In this document: piece after piece, positions 26,952 to 36,486 of the stretch
Layout: each line of letters opens with the position of its first letter
Numbering within the stretch: position 1 is the first letter of the stretch
From: a virus
Taxonomy: Duplodnaviria; Caudoviricetes
IMG/VR virus record: IMGVR_UViG_3300032285_003896
Span: 1-63,405 of that record
Strand: one strand, 5' to 3'
DNA length: 63,405 nucleotides
The notes under the pieces: model-generated
The model's input: the letters and a program-made list of their open reading frames with translations, nothing else
Database searches by the model: none
Told to the model about the DNA's origin: nothing
Translations under genes and position numbers: made by a program

Positions 26952-27875
26952 TTAATTGTAATTCCAAAGTTGACCTCTACTTATATAAAAAGATTTTAGT
27001 CTTTCATAATTTATTTTTATAAATTCCTCTTTACTTTCTAATGTACAAATAAAATCTCCTTGACACCAATTCCAAAATCTATCTTCTGGAAATGTTAGTA
27101 TAGAAAACCCTCTATTTACTTCAAAGGTAAGTGATGCTACATCTATATCTAATATAGAATGAACTATAGATTGAATGGGTTCATTATTTACTGCCCAAAT
27201 TCCATGACGGCCTAAAATAAATAAATCTTCACGGTTATTTACTAATATTTCGTAGACTATATTATTAAAAATATCTAAATAATTTTTTATATTATTTTTA
27301 TTTTTAAAAGTATAGCAAAAAAAGTTGCCATCATTAGAATATAATCTAGGATTTAATTGTTGATAATTATTTTCTTTAATAATTATATTAGCTAAATCAC
27401 CAAATCTATCTGTAAAATCATAACCTCCATTTCCTATTACCATATCTTTATTTAAAGAACTGAAAGAATTTTTTATAGAGTCATATATTAACTGATCAGC
27501 TTTACATTCAATATCGCAATTGCAAACAAAAATAGCATCATACTTTTCTATTTCTGGTAAGCAGAATACAAATCTCCATATAGAACCAGGTATTACCCAA
27601 TCTTTTTCAAGTACATATGTAGCGTATTCTTTTTCATTTAATGTTTTTATTGGTAATTTTTCGTACTCAATAGACCACGGATAATCCTTTCTTAATTCAT
27701 CAATATCTTTTATTATTATATTTTTGTAACTTTCTAATGATTTAAATATAGGATCTTCTTTCATATCCGTCATAATAAGGACATCAAATAAAGAATAACT
27801 TTCTATATTTTTTAAAATACTATAAACTATACGATTTCTAAATGTTGGACCTATTGTATAATATACTAGAAGCAT
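26952..27875 (-). CDS. putative glycosyltransferase-like protein
   Basis: Island context; MTD and CDIE motifs; DIDELRKDYPWS shared with its neighbour. Confidence 0.45.
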   Translation of the reverse strand: MLLVYYTIGPTFRNRIVYSILKNIESYSLFDVLIMTDMKEDPIFKSLESYKNIIIKDIDELRKDYPWSIEYEKLPIKTLNEKEYATYVLEKDWVIPGSIWRFVFCLPEIEKYDAIFVCNCDIECKADQLIYDSIKNSFSSLNKDMVIGNGGYDFTDRFGDLANIIIKENNYQQLNPRLYSNDGNFFCYTFKNKNNIKNYLDIFNNIVYEILVNNREDLFILGRHGIWAVNNEPIQSIVHSILDIDVASLTFEVNRGFSILTFPEDRFWNWCQGDFICTLESKEEFIKINYERLKSFYISRGQLWNYN

Positions 27876-27891
27876 TATTTATTTTTTTAAT

Positions 27892-28908
27892 TTATATATT
27901 TTTATGTTTAATAATAATATTATTATTTTCTGTTATGTTATACGTAGCATGTGTTGCATGATTATTATAATAATTTATTAAAGCATCTTTATTCTTTTTG
28001 ATATATTCTTCAGTTGTAAACACTGTTTCATTTTTATTAGGAGGTAAAAGATTCCAATTAGGAAGCATATTAGAATAATACCATGAATCATGCGGTGTTG
28101 ACATATGAAATCCTAATGTATCATCTTCCCAATAGTGAAGACGATTTTTTATTTTATAATTAAAATTAATTTCAAAAATTCTTAATAAGTATCCAACTAT
28201 ATCATCTATTTTAGTATACCCATGATTTTTTTGAAAAAAATGATTTTTAATATGTATGTTATCAGAAAAATTATAACAGTAAGTTATATAATCAAAAATT
28301 TCGTAAAATAATTTTATATCTTCTTTATTTTTAAAACTAAAATCACAAGTAAATAATTCACAATACCAATAATCTTCTGGAATGGTTAACTGTGGAAATT
28401 TACTTTTTAATAGATTTCCTATATGACCAAATATCGGTGATGAGTATGTTTCATCCATAGGACCTATATGAGGAATACCAAGTACGCCCTCAGGAATTTT
28501 TTTAAAAAAGTTATCTATAATTTTTTGTTGGTTGGTTATAAAAACATTATTTCCTACATAACTAAATTTTAAAATATTATTTTCGTACATATATGGAAAC
28601 AAAAATCTCATCGTACAAAAAGGAAGTAGGCTATTTTTTTGTTTATAAAATTGATGAAAATTTTTGGCATATAATTCTGGATCTTTTTCTTTATAATGAA
28701 CTTCAATATCATTAGTACTCCACGGATGATTTTTTCTGGCATCTTCTATATCTATAATAGTTAGAAGATTTTTATAAGGTTCGTATAGTTCATAGTTATC
28801 TACTAAATAGATATAATTATGTGTGGTCTCTTTATTATTTTCTATAAATGGTAGAAACCTAGTTTTAAAATGTACCGATCCAAATACTTGCCTTATAAAT
28901 TTACTCAT
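27892..28908 (-). CDS. putative glycosyltransferase-like protein (paralog of 26952..27875)
   Basis: DIEDARKNHPWS motif; island context. Confidence 0.4.
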   Translation of the reverse strand: MSKFIRQVFGSVHFKTRFLPFIENNKETTHNYIYLVDNYELYEPYKNLLTIIDIEDARKNHPWSTNDIEVHYKEKDPELYAKNFHQFYKQKNSLLPFCTMRFLFPYMYENNILKFSYVGNNVFITNQQKIIDNFFKKIPEGVLGIPHIGPMDETYSSPIFGHIGNLLKSKFPQLTIPEDYWYCELFTCDFSFKNKEDIKLFYEIFDYITYCYNFSDNIHIKNHFFQKNHGYTKIDDIVGYLLRIFEINFNYKIKNRLHYWEDDTLGFHMSTPHDSWYYSNMLPNWNLLPPNKNETVFTTEEYIKKNKDALINYYNNHATHATYNITENNNIIIKHKNI

Positions 28909-29603
28909 ATTTGATTTTTTAAAAAGACAGTTTGTCTACCCCATAATACTTTAACATAATTATTTTCAAGTAAATAAGGAGTTAGTAATTTGTCTTTACC
29001 AGCGCTATCTGTATTAAAATCAGTATCATCAATAGAAATAATATGTAAATCTGATAATTTATTTTGAGCAGCTAAAAAAGCTTCTAAATGTCTTTCTGCA
29101 TATTCATGAGTTCCTTTATCCCAGCCATCTAAAAAAAGAAAATCAATTTTTTTATCAAAGTCTTTTAAAAATTGAATACCATCTTGAGGAATACAGATAT
29201 GTAAATTATCTGGAATTGGTTCTTTTATATGATATTGATATTGTTTTTCTAGTTCTGTTTTACAATGTTCATCAATATCTACGGTGTAAACATCAAATCC
29301 TTCTCTAGCCCAAAAATAAGTTGAATGCCCATCTTGACAACACGGAGGTGCATCTTTACTTTCTAAATTAATAGAATTATTATAATAATTAATGCATGAT
29401 TGAGTTAACTCTCTTCTTGTTGATCCAATTTCTACTACAACTTTAGCATCGATTATTTTTAATAGTTCAATTGTTTTTGTTATCCATGGAGCTGGGTAAT
29501 TTCTAATGCTATTTTCTTCATGAGTTAAAACATCATGAGTCCAATAATAAGTGTTTTTTTTAAAACTATCACATGCTTTTAAAACTTCAATAAATTTATT
29601 CAT
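28905..29603 (-). CDS. class I SAM-dependent methyltransferase (Methyltransf_24-like)
   Basis: VVEIGS...YTVDID...IDFLFLDG...ISIDD...GK. Confidence 0.8.
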   Translation of the reverse strand: MNKFIEVLKACDSFKKNTYYWTHDVLTHEENSIRNYPAPWITKTIELLKIIDAKVVVEIGSTRRELTQSCINYYNNSINLESKDAPPCCQDGHSTYFWAREGFDVYTVDIDEHCKTELEKQYQYHIKEPIPDNLHICIPQDGIQFLKDFDKKIDFLFLDGWDKGTHEYAERHLEAFLAAQNKLSDLHIISIDDTDFNTDSAGKDKLLTPYLLENNYVKVLWGRQTVFLKNQI

Positions 29604-29606
29604 ATA

Positions 29607-30878
29607 CTATATTATTTCTTCTTTACGTTCACACCACCCTCTTTCATTACTATATCCCCATAGTACTAATCTAGATGGTTTTTTATTTACTAAAAATATT
29701 TCTTCAAAATCAAAATAACCTGATTCAGTACTTAATACTCTTTTTATATAATCTTTTTCTAAATTTCTTACATATATAGGTTTACCTGCTTCATCATCAA
29801 ATGCCATATGAATAAATTCATAATCATCAAAAGGAAAATCAGTTTTATATAATTTTACTAAATGATAAAATGATTGTGTAAAAGATAATTCCCATAAACT
29901 GTCATCTTTGATAAGAGGATTAGGAGGGTACTTATTATCTAAAGTATATTGCTGAACTGATTTATTTTTAAAATGAAAACCTGCGTATTTTTCGTAGTCT
30001 CGTAAACTTCTAACTGTTCCTAAATCATATCCTGTTAAGTCTATATTTGGATCTTCTTCTGTTCCTAATAAAACTCTTATTTTTTTTCTAGCATATTCTT
30101 GTTTATTCCACCAATCTACTCCTAATTTAGAATCATCATCCCATTTTAACATACCTGATCTTTCTTCACGCATAGTAGAATGCCACACTACTAATTTATG
30201 TGGATGAAATAAATCATACCCATGAGTATATGATCTTACTGTTAAATTTAATTCTTCACCTGAAAAATAGATATCTGGATCGTGTCTTATTTCTTTAGCC
30301 CACTCTGATCTTGCAAAACAAAAATGCCCTGATAAAAATCTACTCATTGGAGGTTCCGTCATAGTCTCCCATCCTGTAAGTAAGCCTGGTCTAATGAATA
30401 TCGTTCCATGAGGATAGAAGCAAGCAAAATGCTGTTGCCACGGCTCCATTGTGCGGCCACCAGGATCATCAAATGGTGTATATAATGGTAGATAGGCTGC
30501 AAGAATTGGTTTGTAACCACGAGCCTCTAAACCACTATGCATATCTATTAAAGTCTCATCCCAATCTTTAGCAAATCTATGATGTGAATCTAATTGACAA
30601 ATGTAATCTTCATCTGTTAATAATTTTTCGTTTATAATGGCTCTTGCCCAAGGAAGTCCTTGAGCTTCATTATATAAACACTCATAAATTTTAAATCGAG
30701 TATCTCCTTCAAATTCAGATAAATCATCAAATTTATCATCAGGATGATATTGTCTACAAATACCAAAATGTATTCTTTTTGGATATTTAGCATTTGCTAA
30801 TGCGTCTTTAATAGTAGGAATTAATTCTGGATCTCTGTAAGCCGGTAAATGTACTAGTATTGTTTTTTTCTTATTCAT
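29607..30878 (-). CDS. GT60-like (Skp1/polypeptide) alpha-GlcNAc transferase
   Basis: AYRDPEL, QLDSHHRF (DxH), FSGEE, SYTHGYDLFHP, GTVRSLRDYEKYAG. Confidence 0.85.
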   Translation of the reverse strand: MNKKKTILVHLPAYRDPELIPTIKDALANAKYPKRIHFGICRQYHPDDKFDDLSEFEGDTRFKIYECLYNEAQGLPWARAIINEKLLTDEDYICQLDSHHRFAKDWDETLIDMHSGLEARGYKPILAAYLPLYTPFDDPGGRTMEPWQQHFACFYPHGTIFIRPGLLTGWETMTEPPMSRFLSGHFCFARSEWAKEIRHDPDIYFSGEELNLTVRSYTHGYDLFHPHKLVVWHSTMREERSGMLKWDDDSKLGVDWWNKQEYARKKIRVLLGTEEDPNIDLTGYDLGTVRSLRDYEKYAGFHFKNKSVQQYTLDNKYPPNPLIKDDSLWELSFTQSFYHLVKLYKTDFPFDDYEFIHMAFDDEAGKPIYVRNLEKDYIKRVLSTESGYFDFEEIFLVNKKPSRLVLWGYSNERGWCERKEEII

Positions 30879-32127
30879 ATTCTATAACTTGATCTATTCT
30901 TTCTAACCAACCTTTTGATTCACTATGAGGCCAAACTCTCCAAGAATACGGTTGTTTATTATCTTCGTAATCTCTCCATATGTGTATAAACTGATCATTT
31001 TTATCTTGACTAAATAAAGATATAATTTCACTTTTATCGCAATCTTTTCTATATACGTCATTACCATTTTCATCTAAAAAGGCTACAGCAAATGAATCAT
31101 AATCAGATTCAGTAAGAGATCCTTTATATACATCTATACAATGTTTTATTCTTGATGCTAAACCTGATTCATAATCTCCTTTTATTGGAGGAAAATTATT
31201 TTGTATAGTCTCAACATGAATTTGTCTAGTACTAAATTTTAATCCGGCATATTTTTCAAAATCTTCTAAAGATCTTGTAGTTCCAAAATAATTTGGAGCT
31301 AATGCTCTTCTAGTGCATGAAGAACAACCTGGATCCATTCCCATTAATTTTCTATATCTTGCATAAGAAGCATCATCTCTTTGTTTCCAATCTCCTGAAT
31401 CATCCCAATGTTTTTTCTTTCCTTCTCTTGTATATTCATGCCAAATTACAGGTTTATGAGGAGAAAAAAGATCATACCCAAATGTATAAGCTCTAGCGGC
31501 TAAAGAACTTTCCTCACCATGAAAATATAATTCAGGATCATAAGGAACTTCTATAGGAAACGATCCTAAAGTAAAAATAAAATGTGCAGAGATAAATCTT
31601 GACGGGAAAGGTTCTTTTAAATCTTCCCAATTATCTACGTGATGAGGAGCTAAAAATATTGCACCTCCAGGCATAAACCTATCTATATTCAATCCCCAAA
31701 CTTCATTAACCCTACCTTTTGGATCTTTATCTGGATAATATCCTGGTATATAAGCTGATAATAAAGGTTTTTCGTGGCCTTTACATTGTAAATAGTGCAA
31801 ATAATCCTTTATTGTAATATCCCAATCTTTACTAAATCTATGATGAGAATCTAATTGTAAATAATATTTTTCTCCATTATAATTTTTTTGGATTTCTGAC
31901 CTCATCCAGCAAACTCCTTTAGCTTCTTTATAAGGAATATCTAATATAATAAATCTTGGATCATCTTTATATAAATCTAAAGTATCCCAAGTATCTTGTT
32001 CTGCATGTTGCCAACCAATACAAATAGTTAAATCTTGTGGATTAGCACAATTCTCTAATAAGTTATTTATAGTAGGGAGTAATTCAGGGTCCCTATAGGA
32101 GGCTATCGAAACAAAAATTTTTGACAT
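30871..32127 (-). CDS. GT60-like (Skp1/polypeptide) alpha-GlcNAc transferase
   Basis: IFVSIASYRDPEL, YYLQLDSHHRF, VPYDP, FHGEE, RAYTFGYDLFSP. Confidence 0.9.
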   Translation of the reverse strand: MSKIFVSIASYRDPELLPTINNLLENCANPQDLTICIGWQHAEQDTWDTLDLYKDDPRFIILDIPYKEAKGVCWMRSEIQKNYNGEKYYLQLDSHHRFSKDWDITIKDYLHYLQCKGHEKPLLSAYIPGYYPDKDPKGRVNEVWGLNIDRFMPGGAIFLAPHHVDNWEDLKEPFPSRFISAHFIFTLGSFPIEVPYDPELYFHGEESSLAARAYTFGYDLFSPHKPVIWHEYTREGKKKHWDDSGDWKQRDDASYARYRKLMGMDPGCSSCTRRALAPNYFGTTRSLEDFEKYAGLKFSTRQIHVETIQNNFPPIKGDYESGLASRIKHCIDVYKGSLTESDYDSFAVAFLDENGNDVYRKDCDKSEIISLFSQDKNDQFIHIWRDYEDNKQPYSWRVWPHSESKGWLERIDQVIEYE

Positions 32128-32130
32128 AAC

Positions 32131-32171
32131 TTAAATATACTAAATTAATTTGATATAAAAAAATTTATTTT
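32131..32171 (-). promoter_or_regulatory. host-type promoter of the glycosylation island
   Basis: Minus strand AAAATAAATTTTTTTATATC...TATATTTA. Confidence 0.6.
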
Positions 32172-35100
32172 AAGGAGCTGGGCAATACTCAAAATACTGT
32201 CCTTTAGCACCAAAATCTATTACTGTAGCTCTTACATATAAAGTAAGATTTCCAGTTATTGTAATGCTAGATCCAAGTCCTGGTCCAGCACTAAATGGTT
32301 TACCACATCCTGGTGTAGCTGCAGCAGCGCAACTGGAATTCAATCCATAATTGTAATATACTCCATTATCTGAAGAATTACTACCTCCAAAATATAGAGT
32401 ATCTCCGTATTTTAAACCGGTAATTGTTCCTAATAAAGTACATGTTACGGTATTAAGCGATCCACCTAATTGAGTTACAGTAGGACCTGCTGTAGTATAA
32501 TAGAATTTCCATGAATCTGTTGGAGTAGGACTTGTTATTGCTACATCTTGGTTAGCATATACCGTTACAGTATATCTAGGAGATGATGGAGTTATACTAG
32601 GAGTCTTAGTTATACTAGGCGTTTTACTTACAGTAGGAGTAGGTGATGGAGCGACAGGACAATCAGTATAATTTCCTGATCCATCAATGTTAGCAGTGAA
32701 TGCTAATTGAGTACCTGTAGTTATTACATAAGATGCATAACAAGATGTTCCGCCATTTGCAGGACATGTTGTAGTACCACTAACAGAATCAAATTGTACT
32801 GGTGCTGATGTAACATCATGAAGTAGTCTAAAATATACTAATGTACCACTTGGTACAGATAATCCTGTCATTGATCTACATATAGTATCGTTATTAACAG
32901 TAGGAAGCATACTGGACCAAGGACCATTTACGCCGACGGTAGAATATTGAAGTTTAAATGCATCCGATGTTGGTGTAGCTCCATTAGTAGCTTTTATAGC
33001 TGGAGTTACAATTGGAGGACTCGCTGAAATACTTGGAGTTACACTAGGCGTCTTAGATGGAGTTGGCGTTGGTGATGGACATACAGCTGTTGATGTTATA
33101 GTTCCATTTCCATCTATTTGGCCATATATACTACCGTCTGAATAATACCCAATAGGAGCGTAATTAGCTGATGATAGAGGATGTGTAAGCACAGTATATA
33201 ATGTATCTCCTACTCCAAAAGTTGAACTATATGAATAATAAGTTGTTCTAGATGCTATACACGCAGAATAAGGAGACGATGAACTATATCCTAAACTGAA
33301 TGAGTATATTGTTGGCTCTGATTGAGAAGGAGACAAAGATATACTAGGAGTAGGAGTAGGCGATTTAGTAACTGTTATACTAGGAGTCTTAGTTAAACTA
33401 GGTGTTACTGATGGAGTTCTACTAATCGTTATACTAGGAGTCTTAGTTAAACTAGGTGTTACTGATGGTGTTTTAGTAACACTAGGCGTAGCTGTTAAAC
33501 TTGGTGTTGTAGTTATACTAGGTGTTAAACTAGGAGTTATACTAATACTAGGAGTGACACTAGGAGTAGCTGATATCGATGGAATAGTTGTACAATCAAC
33601 AACGTCTACTATTATACCATTTACGTTTACCTGTACTGCCCAAGTACTTGATCCTTTAGTAAATAAAAACCAACCATTAGAACCTATAGTAGGAGCCCAA
33701 TTAGTTGATAATCCTAAATTAGTATAAAGTTGCTGTAGTGTAGTAGGTATAGTGTAAACAGGACTTTGATAAATAGTACCATTATTGGCTGATCCTACAC
33801 GACAGGCAGTTGTATAATCTATGAAATCTGTATTAGATATAACAAACGCAGTCGGTGGAGTAGATATACTAGGAGTTACTGTTGGTGTTATACTAGGTGT
33901 AATTGTTAAACTTGGTGTTATACTAGGTGTAATTGTTAAACTTGGAGTTATAGATACGCTAGGTGTTATACTAGGCGTAGCTGTTAAACTAGGTGTTTTA
34001 GTAATACTAGGTGTTATAGTTACGCTAGGTGTTATAGATACGCTAGGTGTTAAACTAGGGGTAGCTGTTATACTAGGCGTTGCTGTTAAACTAGGTGTTA
34101 TAGATATACTAGGTGATACACTAGCTGCCGGTGAAGAACTAGGTGTTATAGATACACTAGGGGTAGCTGTTATACTAGGCGTTATAGATACACTAGGTGT
34201 TAAACTAGGCGTTTTAGTAATACTAGGTGTTATAGTTACACTAGGCGTTATAGATACACTAGGTGTTAAACTGGGGGTAGCTGTTATACTAGGCGTTATA
34301 GATACACTAGGTGTTAAACTAGGAGTAGATGTTATACTAGGTGTTAAACTAGGGGTAGCTGTTATACTAGGTGTAGCTGTTAAACTAGGTGTTATAGATA
34401 CACTAGGTGTTATACTAGCTCCTGGTGAAGAACTAGGTGTAGCTGTTATGCTTGGTGTCGCTGTAATACTAGGCGTAGCTGTAATACTAGGCGTAGCTGT
34501 TAAACTAGGTGTAGTTGTAATACTAGGTGTAGCTGTTATGCTAGGTGTAGCTGTAATACTAGGAGTTAAACTAGGAGTAGCTGTTAAAGTAGGTGTAGCT
34601 GTAATACTAGGTGTTTTAGTAATACTAGGTGTTATAGTTACGCTAGGTGTTATAGATACACTAGGTGTTATGCTAGGTGTTGTAGTTATGCTTGGCGTAG
34701 CTGTTATGCTTGGCGTAGCTGTTAAACTAGGTGTAGTTGTAATACTAGGTGTGGCTGTTAAACTAGGTGTAGCTGTTATGCTTGGCGTAGCTGTTAAACT
34801 AGGTGTAGTTGTAATACTAGGTGTTAAACTAGGTGTGGCGGTAATACTAGGTGTAGCTGTTAAACTTGGAGTTATACTAGGAGTACGACTTGGAGTTTTA
34901 CTAATAGATATACTAGGTGTTATACTTGGAGTAGCCGATAAACTAGGAGTTAAACTAGGTGTTATAGATATACTAGGTGTTATACTTGGAGTGGGACTAG
35001 GGCTTGGAGCGACTACATATTGTACTGAAAAATTACCATAATCGTAAGGATCAGTATCAACTTCTTTAACATAATTTGTATCATCTGGAACAGTTAGTGG

Positions 35101-35235
35101 ATATCCAGCTAATAATTCGTCTATAGTTACTCCGGTAGCTATTAGTGTATCAAGGCCACCATTATTATAGTATATATCAAATGGGCCGACAACTCCATTA
35201 CCAAAATTAGGATCCAATGTTATTATTATATCCAT
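32170..35235 (-). CDS. mucin-like Thr/Pro/Ser-repeat virion (tail fibre-like) protein
   Basis: About 380 aa of TPS(I/L/V)(T/S)x repeats plus Cys-containing beta-rich modules; late motif variant at 35241; adjacent to tail genes. Confidence 0.75.
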   Translation of the reverse strand: MDIIITLDPNFGNGVVGPFDIYYNNGGLDTLIATGVTIDELLAGYPLTVPDDTNYVKEVDTDPYDYGNFSVQYVVAPSPSPTPSITPSISITPSLTPSLSATPSITPSISISKTPSRTPSITPSLTATPSITATPSLTPSITTTPSLTATPSITATPSLTATPSITTTPSLTATPSITATPSITTTPSITPSVSITPSVTITPSITKTPSITATPTLTATPSLTPSITATPSITATPSITTTPSLTATPSITATPSITATPSITATPSSSPGASITPSVSITPSLTATPSITATPSLTPSITSTPSLTPSVSITPSITATPSLTPSVSITPSVTITPSITKTPSLTPSVSITPSITATPSVSITPSSSPAASVSPSISITPSLTATPSITATPSLTPSVSITPSVTITPSITKTPSLTATPSITPSVSITPSLTITPSITPSLTITPSITPTVTPSISTPPTAFVISNTDFIDYTTACRVGSANNGTIYQSPVYTIPTTLQQLYTNLGLSTNWAPTIGSNGWFLFTKGSSTWAVQVNVNGIIVDVVDCTTIPSISATPSVTPSISITPSLTPSITTTPSLTATPSVTKTPSVTPSLTKTPSITISRTPSVTPSLTKTPSITVTKSPTPTPSISLSPSQSEPTIYSFSLGYSSSSPYSACIASRTTYYSYSSTFGVGDTLYTVLTHPLSSANYAPIGYYSDGSIYGQIDGNGTITSTAVCPSPTPTPSKTPSVTPSISASPPIVTPAIKATNGATPTSDAFKLQYSTVGVNGPWSSMLPTVNNDTICRSMTGLSVPSGTLVYFRLLHDVTSAPVQFDSVSGTTTCPANGGTSCYASYVITTGTQLAFTANIDGSGNYTDCPVAPSPTPTVSKTPSITKTPSITPSSPRYTVTVYANQDVAITSPTPTDSWKFYYTTAGPTVTQLGGSLNTVTCTLLGTITGLKYGDTLYFGGSNSSDNGVYYNYGLNSSCAAAATPGCGKPFSAGPGLGSSITITGNLTLYVRATVIDFGAKGQYFEYCPAP
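33340..33570 (-). repeat. second TPS coding repeat tract
   Basis: TPSV/TPSL/TKTPS units. Confidence 0.8.
33860..35010 (-). repeat. degenerate 12/18-bp coding tandem repeat (TPSI/TPSLTA)
   Basis: Recurrent ACTAGGTGT(T/A) and GCTGTTAAACTAGG units on the + strand. Confidence 0.9.
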
Positions 35236-35254
35236 TTAATATAAATACTTTTTT

Positions 35255-36481
35255 TTATAATGCTCCACATACGTTATAACCTATTATTTTATAGTCATTA
35301 CTACCTATGGTAACAATTTGAGGACTAGATGTTATAGTAGTTCCGTTTACAACTAATGCTGTAGGCTTCCAACTATTAGCTCCTCCATTGGCACATAAAG
35401 GAAGCGTATCTGTAAAAGTTCCATTTGGTGTTCCATTAGGAATAAATAGTTGCGTTGATCCAATAAATGAACATCCACCTAAAAGGGTAGTACAATTAGT
35501 ACCACTATATCTTGATATAGTTCCTGTTATAGTAATATCATCTTTAATATCTCCATTATTATCTGCTTCTGCTAAAACAAATCCACTTCCATTATTAAAA
35601 CCATAAACATATATAGTAGCTTGTATATCTGGTGAAGGACTAGGAGTCACGGTCATAGTAGGTGTAACTGTAGGTGTTGAAGTTACAGTAGGTGTTATTG
35701 TTTTACTCGGTGTTTTAGTCGGAGTAGGTGTTTTACTAGCTCCTGGTGAAGGACTAGCAGTTTTTGTAATCGTTATACTCGGAGTTACAGTAGGAGTCCT
35801 TGTCAGACTTGGTGTTATAGTCGGAGTAGGGGTTTTACTAGCATTTGGTGTAGTACTTACTGTTGGAGTAGGTGTAGGACTTGGACCCGTAGCTACACTT
35901 ATATTAAATGTAAAATTAAAATTTAATATTATCCCGACATAATCAGGATTAGTTATTGTAACTATAGCTTGAGAATATATAATATTTCCTACGTGAACAT
36001 TATTATTAAATGTGTCTACTATATTTCCATTACCATCATCAATAATACTATAAGTTAATCCATCTGTTGAAAGTAACTTAAAAGTTTTTCTACTAATTTG
36101 TTCACCAAATTGAGTCCTTGGGATCGCTAGAAAACTTATATTACTTCCAGTAGCAGAAGGAAAATATCTATAATCATCATCTAAAGTTCCTGAAGCTGCT
36201 GTGGATTGTAAAGAAGAATCCCAATAAGAAGCTGATTGATTACTAACTGAACCGGTTAAATAATTTTGATAATACAGCTGTCTAATTACAGCATAATTAT
36301 TTCTTGCTGTATATGTTGTACTTCCTGGTTTTCCTGCTTTATTAGCAGTATAATATATACCCCTATTAGTAGTTATTCCATTGCTATACAAAGACTGACT
36401 AGCATAGGTATTAGAATACTTTACTTTTATAGGAGTCGAAGAAGCATCTGATTTTTTTATTGTATTCTTCGATCTGCTCAT
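35255..36481 (-). CDS. tail/baseplate protein N-terminal domain with TP-rich linker and beta domain
   Basis: FLAIPRTQFGEQI...DDGNGNI...GNIIYSQ aligns with the N-part of 36487..37521; TPTP repeats. Confidence 0.65.
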   Translation of the reverse strand: MSRSKNTIKKSDASSTPIKVKYSNTYASQSLYSNGITTNRGIYYTANKAGKPGSTTYTARNNYAVIRQLYYQNYLTGSVSNQSASYWDSSLQSTAASGTLDDDYRYFPSATGSNISFLAIPRTQFGEQISRKTFKLLSTDGLTYSIIDDGNGNIVDTFNNNVHVGNIIYSQAIVTITNPDYVGIILNFNFTFNISVATGPSPTPTPTVSTTPNASKTPTPTITPSLTRTPTVTPSITITKTASPSPGASKTPTPTKTPSKTITPTVTSTPTVTPTMTVTPSPSPDIQATIYVYGFNNGSGFVLAEADNNGDIKDDITITGTISRYSGTNCTTLLGGCSFIGSTQLFIPNGTPNGTFTDTLPLCANGGANSWKPTALVVNGTTITSSPQIVTIGSNDYKIIGYNVCGAL

Positions 36482-36486
36482 TTATT

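Noticed and set aside
33821-35041. 406-aa + strand ORF of LGV repeats
   Set aside because: Antisense shadow of the TPS repeat; the repeat simply lacks stop codons in that frame
32170-36481. Diversity-generating retroelement acting on tail proteins
   Set aside because: No reverse transcriptase and no template/variable repeat pair seen
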